A stretch of 63,740 nucleotides of DNA, the filler included. It is 8 parts of 8 records of this genome, joined end to end, with 100 filler letters (N's around TTAATTAATTAA, not from the genome) between each part and the next. Parts side by side here need not be neighbours in the genome. Positions count along the whole stretch, not along the records: positions 20,891 to 26,500 come from SRR31147125_38178; positions 26,601 to 38,225 come from SRR31147125_38211; 6 more parts are not named here. One strand, 5' to 3'. The stretch's first letter is position 1. Each line of letters starts with the position of its first letter. The notes under the pieces were generated by a model. It searched no databases, was not told where the DNA came from, and saw only the letters and a list, made by a program, of their open reading frames with translations. A program made the position numbers and the translations under genes. Shown piece after piece: positions 20,912-31,229 of this stretch.

Positions 20912-23668
20912 ATGTCAATATGGTCGATGGGAATATTGTTTGCGTCGGAATGGCAGGGGAAATGGATCGGTTATGTCGCTGAAAAACAAAAACACAATCC
21001 GTTTGCAGGAGAATGGTTTGACAACTCCAGATGGATATGGTATGACAAGGATAATCAAAAAAATGTAGAACCCGGCATTCGGTTTTTTAAACGAGAGTTT
21101 CATATTAAAAATAATTCGGACGTAGAGCGTGCTGACATTTTATTTACGGCAAATGACGCGTTTCAGATCGCTGTGAACGGGAATGACCTGAATAAAGATA
21201 AAATCATTTTTTGTGCGGCTGATTCAGCACCTCAATTTTGTATAACCCGTTATTTAAAGAATGGATTGAACAGCATTTCAGTCATTGCTGAAAAACGTGC
21301 ACCACAATCAGCCAATAAAAAGACACATGAGGTGGCTGGTATTATTGGTGTGATGAAGATAAAATACAAAAATGGTTATGCGGAGACCATAATAACAGAT
21401 GAAAAATGGCAATCCCGATCCTCTGAACAGGAAAACTGGTCCACTGCCGCAGATGTGGCAGGTGCCAGTACCCATTGGCGAAAGCTGCCCGGCTGGCGAC
21501 AACTTGTACCCAGTCCTGTTTTTCGCAAGGAGTTTACGGTATCTAAAAAGTGTGTCTCTGCCAAAATCGCTATTAGTGGCCTGGGATACTATGAACTCTA
21601 TTGTAATGGAGATAAAGTTGGGGATCATCGTCTTGATCCTGCTTTTACAAATTACGATTCACAGGCGCTTTATGTTTGTTATGATATCACCGAATTACTG
21701 AAAAATGGCGGGAATGCCCTTGGTGTGATGCTGGGAAGTGGCTGGTATGATATGCACACCAGAGCGACATGGGATTTTGACCGCGCTCCATGGCGGGATA
21801 ACCCAAAGATGATAGCACAACTGCTCATTACGTATGAGGATGGTTCAAAGGAGATTCTTGCGACTGACGATTCCTGGAAGGCGACAACAGGGCCTGTTAG
21901 AAATGACGGCATTCGAAACGGAGAAGTCTATGACGCACGCCAGGAAATGCCAGGGTGGTGTCAACCTGGATTTGATGAAACTTTGTGGGCTCCGGCACAG
22001 CTGGTCCAGGCGCCAAAAGGCAAGCTGGTATCTCAGGTTATGCCTGCAATTAAGGTGACGGAAACGATCACGCCTGTTTCCATCACAGAACCTGCGCCGG
22101 GTGTTTTTGTAGTAGATATGGGCCGTAATCTTGCAGGTTGGGCCAGAATACAAGTGTCCGGAACTGCCGGAACAAAAATTCAGCTGCGCTATAGCGAACG
22201 ATTGGATGCAAATGGGAAAATTGATCAGCGTCGCAACAGGCGTTATATGTATCAGGGTCCATTTCAAACAGATACCTATATTTTAAAGGGTGAGGGACTT
22301 GAAGTATGGGAGCCGCGTTTCACCTATCATGGATTCCGCTATGTTGAAGTGAAAGGATGGCCAGGGGAGCTCACAACGAAAAACATTGAAGGACAGATGG
22401 CCAATACTGATTTCGAACGTATTGGTTCATTTGAGTGCTCGAATTCACTTTTGAATACAATATTTACGTTAACAGATCAATCATATAAAAGTAATTTCCT
22501 GGGTTATCCGACCGATTGTCCACAACGAGAGAAAAATGGATGGACAGGGGATGCACAGTTGGCTGCTGAACAAGCCATGTTTAATTATTTTAATATAAAT
22601 GCCTATGAGAAATGGGCCTGGGATATGTGGGATGCACGTACACCGGAAGGGGATTTACCCGGGATTGTTCCCACATGTGGGTGGGGATATGAAAAAGGTA
22701 ATGGGCCAGGTTGGGGTAGTGCCGCAGTAATGATTCCCTGGTATTTGTACCTTTATACCGGTGATTCGAATATTCTGAATGATCATTACGCTCTTTTAAA
22801 GGGTTATGTGGATTTCCTTAATAAAACATTCCCGGCACACATTGTAGAAATGGGACGGGGTGACTGGTGTTATTATCAAACCAAAACTCCGGGACGACTT
22901 ACGTCCACGGCACTTTACTATGAAGATACCCGCCTGGTTGCCAAAGTGGCAAAGGTGCTTGGAAATACAAAAGATGCTGAAAGGTATTTGAGTCTGGCTG
23001 ATGACATTAAACAGGCATATAATAACGAATTTTATCAGGAACAGGGACTTTATGGTCCGGGAAGTCAGACATCACAGGCTGTATCTCTGTTTTATGACCT
23101 TGTACCGGATAAAGAAAAGACAAAAGCGGTAGACAAATTAGTTGAGGCTGTTCACAAAGCAAAGGATCATGTTGATTGTGGTATTCTCGGGGCAAAGGCC
23201 CTGTTTCAGGCACTCACGGAAAATGGTTTTCATGAACTTGCTTATAAAATTGTGACTCAACCCGATTTCCCGGGGTACGGATACTGGATATTTCAAGGTG
23301 CGACATCGCTATGGGAGGACTGGACAGACAAAGAAGGATCTCTCAACCATGTGATGTATGGCGACATTGTCACCTGGTTTTATCGAAATGTGGCTGGTAT
23401 CAATGTTGATCCGGATAAACCGGGATTTAAACACGTGATCATTCGCCCGCGTCCTGTTGCAGATTTGACCTCCGCGTCCGGTGTCACTGAATCCATGTAC
23501 GGCGTGATAAAATCAGCCTGGGACATTTCAAAAGGCACCTTTAAACTGGACGTGACAATACCACCCAATACTACGGCAACCGTCTTTTTACCAAATGGAG
23601 ACAAACATTCTATCGGATCCGGAGAATATCAATTTTCTGTAGCGGAAACGGATTTTAATCGTCGCTAA
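20912..23668 (+). CDS. Alpha-L-rhamnosidase, GH78 (start possibly beyond the contig edge)
   Basis: SGLGYYEL, GEVYDAR, DMGRNLAGW, PRFTYHGFRYVE, PTDCPQREKNGWTGD, GATSLWEDW and SLNHVMYG. Confidence 0.93.
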   Translation: MSIWSMGILFASEWQGKWIGYVAEKQKHNPFAGEWFDNSRWIWYDKDNQKNVEPGIRFFKREFHIKNNSDVERADILFTANDAFQIAVNGNDLNKDKIIFCAADSAPQFCITRYLKNGLNSISVIAEKRAPQSANKKTHEVAGIIGVMKIKYKNGYAETIITDEKWQSRSSEQENWSTAADVAGASTHWRKLPGWRQLVPSPVFRKEFTVSKKCVSAKIAISGLGYYELYCNGDKVGDHRLDPAFTNYDSQALYVCYDITELLKNGGNALGVMLGSGWYDMHTRATWDFDRAPWRDNPKMIAQLLITYEDGSKEILATDDSWKATTGPVRNDGIRNGEVYDARQEMPGWCQPGFDETLWAPAQLVQAPKGKLVSQVMPAIKVTETITPVSITEPAPGVFVVDMGRNLAGWARIQVSGTAGTKIQLRYSERLDANGKIDQRRNRRYMYQGPFQTDTYILKGEGLEVWEPRFTYHGFRYVEVKGWPGELTTKNIEGQMANTDFERIGSFECSNSLLNTIFTLTDQSYKSNFLGYPTDCPQREKNGWTGDAQLAAEQAMFNYFNINAYEKWAWDMWDARTPEGDLPGIVPTCGWGYEKGNGPGWGSAAVMIPWYLYLYTGDSNILNDHYALLKGYVDFLNKTFPAHIVEMGRGDWCYYQTKTPGRLTSTALYYEDTRLVAKVAKVLGNTKDAERYLSLADDIKQAYNNEFYQEQGLYGPGSQTSQAVSLFYDLVPDKEKTKAVDKLVEAVHKAKDHVDCGILGAKALFQALTENGFHELAYKIVTQPDFPGYGYWIFQGATSLWEDWTDKEGSLNHVMYGDIVTWFYRNVAGINVDPDKPGFKHVIIRPRPVADLTSASGVTESMYGVIKSAWDISKGTFKLDVTIPPNTTATVFLPNGDKHSIGSGEYQFSVAETDFNRR

Positions 23669-24160
23669 GGATGAGATTGACTATGATGGCTGGCACTGTA
23701 AAATAATGTAGAATAAAACTAAACCTCGTAATATTTTATGTTACTGTGTCAGCCATTCATTAAATGTCATTTTTTTAAATTTCAGCTTGATTCCCTGCTT
23801 TCTTTTTCATAGGTTATATAAGCACTTTTAAAATTCAATCGAATTTGATTTTTTTAGGCAAAAATATAAACGTTAACGAAAAGGCATTTTATTTTACTAA
23901 TTATTAATTAGTTAGCTTTTTGTTAAAGATGTAAAGCAATATATTGAAGAAAAAATCAAATAAAACGTGCAAAATAATAATCCCCAAAAAACATATTTTA
24001 ATCCTGATCGTCCACTCGTTCATCGTAAATTCAGTATATTTGTGATTATTCATGCGATCAAAGAAGGAATGGTTCTATCATTCGCAATGAATAATAGAAA
24101 TTGTTTAGTAAAAATATAATAATCAATAGTTAAAAATACATTTACAGAAAGGTACGGATT

Positions 24161-26020
24161 ATGCGGAAAAGGATGTTTGTTTTTGTTGTTTGTCTCTTCA
24201 TGTCAGGTTTGATATTATCATGTGGCTCTAATGGGAATAATGTTGATGATTTGTTTAATTATGCGCAGACACGGAAAAACGATTTAAAATTAAGTGTATA
24301 TATGACCGCGCACGATGTCAAAAATCATCTTTCTGATGAGATGGGACGTCGCGAAGCTGTTTCAGTGATGCGAGCCAATGGCATAACCAAAGCTTATGTA
24401 TCCGGTTTTCGCAGTGGTTTATCATTGGATGAAGATTTACTTAAAACTGTGCGAGATTTCCTTCTTGAAAACAATATTGAGGTGGATGGTGCTATAGCAA
24501 CGTTGCCTGGTGGTGAATACGGTGTCAAGCAGGATGGTCCATTGACTTGGTTTAACTGGCAGAACGAAAAAACACAAAAAGATCTGGAAGTTCAAATCCG
24601 AAAACTCGCTAGGGTATTTGATACATTTATTCTGGATGATTTCTTTTGCACGTCAGATACCAGTATGGAATCCAAGGCAGCTAAAGGTGATCAGCGCTGG
24701 TCAACATATCGGATGGATCTTCTCACCGATGTGGCAAAACGATGTGTCATTGATCCGGCCAAAGAGGAGAATCCGGATATAACCGTTATTATCAAATTTC
24801 CGCAATGGTATGATCGATTTCATTTGTTCGGTTATGATGTTCCGCGGCAAACAGCCCAGTTTGACGGGATCTGGATTGGCACTGAAACTCGAGGGCAGTA
24901 CAGGCAACGTTATGGTTTTGTGCAGCCATATGAAGGATTTGTCAATTATCGTTGGATATCCACGTTTGGCGGTGAAAAAACAGGCGGTGCCTGGTTTGAT
25001 ACAGGAGACTGTGAGGCAATAGATTATGTTGAACAAGCCTATCAAACCGTTTTGGCTGGTGCCAATGAAATCGTTCATTTTAATTATAGCCGTTTTTTAG
25101 CTGGTTTTGATGGATATCATGTTATGCGTCGCCAGATCGACATGCTCGCCGATCTGGCTGCTGAGGTAGAGGTCAATCCGGTATCCGGAGTCATGGGATA
25201 CAAACCAGCCAACAGTGATGCTGGTGGGGATCTTTACATTATGGATTATTTGGGTATGTTTGGCATACCGCTTGTTCCTTGTTCTCAATTTCCAACGGAA
25301 GCATCTGTTGTTTTTCTGCCAACCCAGGCAGCCGCGGATGCGGATATTGCGGAAAAAATTGACGCTCTGGTTGCAAAAAAAGCAACTATCATTCTGACAA
25401 CCGGCTTTCTGGTCAACGCTAAAGATGGAAAACGACTCGCCGAACTGGCTGGCATCAAATGGCCTGTAAAAGTGAATCATGTTAAAGCCGCTTATGTCTA
25501 TGAAGGTAAGAAAAGAATACCTGTTGAATTCAGTCTGGATCTTGAAGCAAAGATTGGCACAACAACCGCCTCCACACTATTATCTGCGAGAACCAAAAGA
25601 GCCACTTTGCCTTTCCTGACTCTCAATACGATGAAAGGGGCAAGGATCTATACACTAAATACACATACGTTTGATCAAAAGGATTTTGATGCGGTTGGTG
25701 AAGTTCTTCTTTGTCCACGCCAACTGGGACTTTTGGAATTACCGGAATCCTGGGCCAATACAATCCGCGCTGCCTTTAATGAGCCACTTGGCTTGAATCT
25801 TACAGCACCAACCAGAGTGTCTTTACAACCTTTGGGTTCAAATGGCTGGTTTATTAATAATTATAACCAGGAACCTGTTCAGATGACGTTGAATCTTGCT
25901 AAAGAAGCAAACGTAAAACTTGTTGATGGTTTCAGTGGTAAAAAGATTGAAAAACAGGGCGATTCCATAAAGACTGAACTACCACCTCGATCACGGCTGT
26001 GGTTGAAAAAAACAAATTAA
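24161..26020 (+). CDS. Lipoprotein of unknown function, possibly a TIM-barrel glycoside-hydrolase-like protein
   Basis: Lipobox LILSC; FILDDFF, IIKFPQWYD and IGTETR motifs; sits in a sugar-catabolic context. Confidence 0.6.
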   Translation: MRKRMFVFVVCLFMSGLILSCGSNGNNVDDLFNYAQTRKNDLKLSVYMTAHDVKNHLSDEMGRREAVSVMRANGITKAYVSGFRSGLSLDEDLLKTVRDFLLENNIEVDGAIATLPGGEYGVKQDGPLTWFNWQNEKTQKDLEVQIRKLARVFDTFILDDFFCTSDTSMESKAAKGDQRWSTYRMDLLTDVAKRCVIDPAKEENPDITVIIKFPQWYDRFHLFGYDVPRQTAQFDGIWIGTETRGQYRQRYGFVQPYEGFVNYRWISTFGGEKTGGAWFDTGDCEAIDYVEQAYQTVLAGANEIVHFNYSRFLAGFDGYHVMRRQIDMLADLAAEVEVNPVSGVMGYKPANSDAGGDLYIMDYLGMFGIPLVPCSQFPTEASVVFLPTQAAADADIAEKIDALVAKKATIILTTGFLVNAKDGKRLAELAGIKWPVKVNHVKAAYVYEGKKRIPVEFSLDLEAKIGTTTASTLLSARTKRATLPFLTLNTMKGARIYTLNTHTFDQKDFDAVGEVLLCPRQLGLLELPESWANTIRAAFNEPLGLNLTAPTRVSLQPLGSNGWFINNYNQEPVQMTLNLAKEANVKLVDGFSGKKIEKQGDSIKTELPPRSRLWLKKTN

Positions 26021-26088
26021 AACGAAACGAGTGTTATAAGGTTTATAATAGTTATGTCTATGTCTTTATGTGTTGATTGAGGTATCGT

Positions 26089-26500
26089 ATGAAAGCAGTT
26101 GTTTTAAAAGAGCCAAATAAACTTGAATTTTTGGAAATACCGGAACCGAAACTCGTTGAAAAGAATCATGTTCTGGTAAAAGTAGAGGCCTGTGGCATTT
26201 GCGGCAGTGACATCCGGTATTTTAGCGGTGATAATCCCTGGGCTCTGCATACGCTGGGAAAACATATTGATAATCCTCCCAATATGGTAATGGGCCATGA
26301 GTTTGCCGGACAGGTTGTCAAAGTGAATTCAAAACAATATGAATCCCTGCTTGGAAAACGAGTGGGTGTGCAAACCTACTGTGTTTGTGGCCAGTGTACA
26401 TTTTGCAAAACCGGACGGGAAAATTTGTGCCGTAACATGACCCATATTGGTCACGCGCAGGGGTGGGGACAAATGGATTTTTATCCGGGTGGGTACGCGG
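26089..26500 (+). CDS. Zn-dependent alcohol/sugar dehydrogenase; truncated
   Basis: CGICGSD, GHEFAG and structural Zn motif CGQCTFCKTGRENLC. Confidence 0.9.
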
Positions 26501-26600
26501 NNNNNNNNNNNNNNNNNNNNNNNNNNNNNNNNNNNNNNNNNNNNTTAATTAATTAANNNNNNNNNNNNNNNNNNNNNNNNNNNNNNNNNNNNNNNNNNNN
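26501..26600. other. Artificial contig spacer
   Basis: N run with TTAATTAATTAA. Confidence 0.98.
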
Positions 26601-26787
26601 CCCCCGAAGGCGCGTGTTTTTGCCAAAAAGGCAAAGTTTTCCAGGAATTTGCAACTTTAAATCAGCAAACAATTTCAATGGAACTATTGTCTTGTGTAAT
26701 TCAATAAAAAGTAGATAATTATCATTTGAATATTTGACCAATAGTTTATAATTTTAAAATATAAATTTTTTGTGGGTAAAACAAAAT

Positions 26788-27615
26788 ATGGATAAAGTTG
26801 TCTTATATGGAAAAGGCGGGATTGGAAAATCTACAATCGCGGCGAATGTAAGCGGAATTTTGGGATATCAGGGACGCAAAGTTCTGCACGTCGGTTGCGA
26901 TCCAAAACACGATTCTTCGACATTGCTAATTGGAAAAAGGCGAGTAAAAACAGTTATTAAGGAGCTTTTCTCCACTCCCGGAAATCGAGTTTCAAAAGAA
27001 CAAATAATTATGAAGGGAATTTACGACATCGATTGCATCGAAGCTGGAGGGCCGGAGCCGGGCGTTGGTTGCGGCGGTCGTGGAATAACTCGAATGTTCG
27101 AGGCTTTAACTGACCTTGGAATGTTTGAAGATGAAAAATACGATCACGCAGTTTTCGATGTTTTGGGCGATGTAGTTTGTGGCGGTTTTGCCGCTCCACT
27201 TCGATCCGGCTATGCAGAAAAGATTTTTATCGTAACTTCCGAGGAAATTATGTCGCTTTTTGCCGCAAATAACATTTGCAAGGCGGTTAAAAGATACGAA
27301 TCAAATGGCGTCGTTTTGGGCGGTTTAATCGCGAATATCCGCGATCTTGGTGAAGACGCAACTGTCGTTGAAAAATTTGCCGAAACAATCGGCACGAGAG
27401 TCATGACGGCCTTTGGTCGAGACAAAGTTTTCAGATCGGCGGAAAGGCAGTTAAAGCCGCTTGTGGCGATTGATGAAAACAACAAATTAGTCAATAGATT
27501 CAAAGATTTAGCAGATGACATGCTTGCCTTGAAAATGACTGATTGTGCTTCTCCAAATCCGCTTAGCGAAGATGCTTTTCATGAGTTTGTAGATAAACAT
27601 CACAAGGATTATTAA
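26788..27615 (+). CDS. NifH/BchL-family nitrogenase-like iron protein (group IV-type paralog)
   Basis: YGKGGIGKST, GCDPKHDS, EAGGPEPGVGCGGRG and DVLGDVVCGGFAAP; both [4Fe-4S] Cys ligands present. Confidence 0.93.
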   Translation: MDKVVLYGKGGIGKSTIAANVSGILGYQGRKVLHVGCDPKHDSSTLLIGKRRVKTVIKELFSTPGNRVSKEQIIMKGIYDIDCIEAGGPEPGVGCGGRGITRMFEALTDLGMFEDEKYDHAVFDVLGDVVCGGFAAPLRSGYAEKIFIVTSEEIMSLFAANNICKAVKRYESNGVVLGGLIANIRDLGEDATVVEKFAETIGTRVMTAFGRDKVFRSAERQLKPLVAIDENNKLVNRFKDLADDMLALKMTDCASPNPLSEDAFHEFVDKHHKDY

Positions 27616-29797
27616 TGGCGTTGGTTCGTTTCGATACAAACTCAAAAGCCACGTTTCGATCACTTGAAAAAGTTATCACAGCGGCTTTTTTGAAGTTAAA
27701 CCCCGGAAGTCTGATTAAAATCAAGTGCTTGCCTTTATCAAATGGCACACTCAGAATTCAATTCGATGATGCAATCAATCAAAGTTCCGCAATAGTCGAA
27801 TGGGGCGACATCGACCTGATCTCGGAAAAATCGCCTCGAAATAAATCCGCAGGTCGATTAATTCTCACTAGTGGAGACTCAGAATTTGGCAAAATTGCAC
27901 TAAAATCAGCCGGAGCTGGCTGGCTAATGACCCAAAAGATCCAAGATTCAACCTAATAAAATACCACAATAGAAATCTTCAAAACTTCATTTGTGACGAT
28001 CACGCAATGGATCGAATCATTGCAACAAGACTTGGAGTCGGCACAAGCAATATTTCCGATTTTATTTTTATCGAAGCTCATGAACAAACCGGCCCAAAAT
28101 ACAAGCTGGTGTTTGAAAAAAATGATAAAACTTCAATAAAAACATGTATTTATCCAAATCTGGTGAAAGAATCTGCACTGCTGCAAATCGGTTTGTTTGC
28201 AATAGAATTTGAACTGCATCAAAGCGATGGAACAAGAATCAAACTTGAAAACGAAAATGATATCAATGCTTTAGCAGATGATAATGCCAAACTTGCAATT
28301 GATACAATTTGCTTTTTACTTAATCGCTCGATTCATAAGGAAATGGCATTAAGCATTCCAGATGCTTCTGCATATAATCCTGATGGCGCGGGAGGCGATG
28401 AAGACAACACTTTTGAAGGCAAAGCCATATCAACGACCGATTTTTCGCCGGAAATCGCCTGGAGGCGATTTTTCACGCCTTTTGAAATAGAACGAGATGC
28501 GATTTGCGATTTCAGACCACAAGATAAATCAACAATGGTGCAACACGGAGAACTTGAGTGCAACTTCATTCAGCCAATTTTGAAAGATGCCGTCAGTTTT
28601 CATAAACCATTGTGGCGACTTGTTACCGATTCAGACACCGAAACACATGGATATATGACCTATCTCGACGATAACGACCTGATTATGGGCGAATCGGAAA
28701 AACTAGATGAGCTTCTTTCGAGAGTACGAAAAGCTCACACTGATGATGAATATATCTTTTTGAACGAAACCTGCGTATCAAAAATTATCGGAGAAGATAC
28801 TCCAGGAATTATCAGGCGGCATAAAAACGCCGGTGGTTCCTCGGTGCTTTATCTGGATATTTCCTTGCCTGGTCCAAGTTACATTATTTCCAATTTGCTT
28901 GAACAAATCAAGGATTTGACAATCGAGAAATTTGGCGAAGAAATTCTCACAAACAAAGAACCTCGATCAATTGCATTGATCGGCTATCCTCTGGATCGAT
29001 CCATGCAGGAATTACAGCAGTGGATCGGCAACATGGGAATCAGGAAAAGTGCAGCATTATTGCCACAGTTCGGCATTGATCCAGTCAAACAAGCACTTAG
29101 CTCCGAGCTTATTGTCGCATCTCAAGCAAGAGACTGGAACAAGATTGCCAGAGACATTTTTGTAATTGGCGACAAAAAGCACATTTCGCCGACCATGCCT
29201 TTTGGAATTAAAAACACATATAACTGGATTGTAGAAATTGCTGAAGAACTTGGAATTGACAATATAAAAAGAAAAGTAAAAACAGAAAAAGAAAAAGACT
29301 GGGATTATTTTTCAAATACATACCAGGAAAAACTTTCGGAATGCGGTGTAGCTTTTATCGCTGATATCAATGAGTTAGCTAGAATTATAAATCCTGCTTC
29401 TCTATTTGGAGTTCCTCTTTTATCTTTTCTTGATGAACTTGGTGTAAACATCAGCTTGCTTTTATACTCGAACAATCCGGATCATGATGTCACCAAAGCA
29501 AAACAAATGCTTTCCGAAACAATCGAGAATCAAAACAAGCTATCAATAAACGTTTTCAGTCAAAAAGATGAACTCTTCAACTTGCTAAAATCATCAGACA
29601 ATTTCCAGACTGTTTACTCGCAATATTCCTTTGACAGAAGACTATATCAGGCTGGAAAAACATCTTTCTCGCTTCTTGAAATGGAAAAAGGAATAAAAGG
29701 AGCAGAGAGAACAGCGAAAAAGATTATCTCACTTTGTAAATGGAACATGCCCAAAAAGTGGGGAAAATACATAAGCGCACAAGGTTGGTCGGAATGA
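27615..29797 (+). CDS. Nitrogenase component-1-like subunit with long N-terminal extension (about 727 aa if the frameshift at ~27902-27905 is corrected)
   Basis: DLIMGESEKLDELL, FLNETCVSKIIGED and PFGIKNTYNWIVEIA match the oxidoreductase/nitrogenase fold. The 596-aa frame is open back to 27872, and one added A joins it to the 113-aa ORF. TAATG overlap with the nifH-like stop. Confidence 0.75.
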
Positions 29798-31140
29798 ATA
29801 GTGTAGGCGGAGAATACGGTTTCAGAATGGAGATTCCCTATATGGCGGGAATCTACCTTGCAATAAACGCAATCAAAAACAGCTATCTGGTTGTAGATGG
29901 CCCAATGTGCGCTTTTTATAAAATCGAACAAATTCAGGGAAATCACGACCTTACATCGCAACTGGCAAGATTGGCTCTGCCTCATAGAATTGTTCATACA
30001 GAACTTGCGGTTAATGATGCCGTTATGGGCGAGGAAAAATCGGTTGTAGAAAAACTTGAGGGCGTTGATGGACTGGATGATTGTTCGGCAATATATTTGA
30101 CCGGATTGTCATCAGCAGTTTTAATTGGTCGGGATCAGGAAAGACTCGCGGCAAACTTCAAGAGCCAGCACGATAATCCTGTTTTGCCGATTAAATCTCG
30201 TACCCTTTCCGGTGATTGGCTTGATGGATGGGCGGAAACTCTTGAAATCACTGCGCAAAACATCCCGCTGGTTGAAAAAACAAGCAGTAAAAAAACGAAG
30301 ATTGGAATAGTTGGCAATCTGTTTTTACGAAACGAAGGCGACTCGATCGGCAATGTCAAAGAGCTTGAAGAGATTATAAAGGCTCTGGATGCCGAACCTG
30401 TTTCGATCTGGTTATCAGGACAAAGCTATGATGAACTTGGCGAAATAGGTCAGGCCGATCTTCTTGTTTCACTCCCATACGCAAAAAAAGCGGCTGAAAT
30501 TTTGCAGGAAAGAACAGGAGCGGACTTGATTGAACTCCCCCTGCCCTTTTCATGGCAACAAACAGAAGAATTCATCCTCCTGTTAGCTGAAAAACTGGAT
30601 AAAACAAATAAGGCTAAGACTTATATAAGTCAGGAATTATCACAACTAATTGATATCTCGATGTTTATCAGTGAAGAGCATCTTTTGATGAGTAAATGGA
30701 TGGTTCTCGGCGATCCGCATCATATGCGTGGATGGACGGAAATTGCGGCGAATGCCGGAGCCAAAATCGCCGGTTTGATTTCATCTACCCAACCTCATCA
30801 TATAGGTGGAGAAAAAATTGTATCTTCCGACAATAAAGAACACGAAATAAAATTTGGCAGCAATCCGGACTGGCACAAATTTGCAACGAATTTCATTGAT
30901 GAACGCGCCATTGATTTAGTGATAAGTAATGGATTTGGGTTTAACCTGCTAAACAGTCCTCGTGTCCTTTTCTATGAGTTTGGATATCCATGCTATTCCT
31001 ACCATGTTCCGATCCCGATTCCTGCTTTGGGATTCAAAGGCGAGGCTGTTATTCTTTCGAGAATAGGTGAACTTTTCCACAGAAAAAAGCTGCTCAACGC
31101 AGAAAGAAATTCCAGAAGAAAACCACACAAACATGGTTAA
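29794..31140 (+). CDS. Second nitrogenase component-1-like (NifK/BchB-like) subunit
   Basis: VVDGPMC, HTELAVNDAVMGEEKSV, LIGRD, GNVKELEEIIKALD, LPLPFSWQQTEEFI, EFGYP and LGFKG; ATGA overlap with the preceding stop. Confidence 0.82.
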   Translation: MNSVGGEYGFRMEIPYMAGIYLAINAIKNSYLVVDGPMCAFYKIEQIQGNHDLTSQLARLALPHRIVHTELAVNDAVMGEEKSVVEKLEGVDGLDDCSAIYLTGLSSAVLIGRDQERLAANFKSQHDNPVLPIKSRTLSGDWLDGWAETLEITAQNIPLVEKTSSKKTKIGIVGNLFLRNEGDSIGNVKELEEIIKALDAEPVSIWLSGQSYDELGEIGQADLLVSLPYAKKAAEILQERTGADLIELPLPFSWQQTEEFILLLAEKLDKTNKAKTYISQELSQLIDISMFISEEHLLMSKWMVLGDPHHMRGWTEIAANAGAKIAGLISSTQPHHIGGEKIVSSDNKEHEIKFGSNPDWHKFATNFIDERAIDLVISNGFGFNLLNSPRVLFYEFGYPCYSYHVPIPIPALGFKGEAVILSRIGELFHRKKLLNAERNSRRKPHKHG

Positions 31141-31229
31141 TTGTTGAAAACTCCACAGATGTTGAAAACTAAATTTTACATGTAATTTCGGAGGGTTAGA
31201 CTTCTTACCAACAGATTAGTAACAAATCT

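Noticed and set aside
26788-31140. Bona fide nifHDK nitrogen fixation cluster
   Set aside because: The D/K-like subunits appear to lack the full P-cluster and FeMo-co ligand motifs, and no nifB/E/N is visible, so no gene symbols were given.
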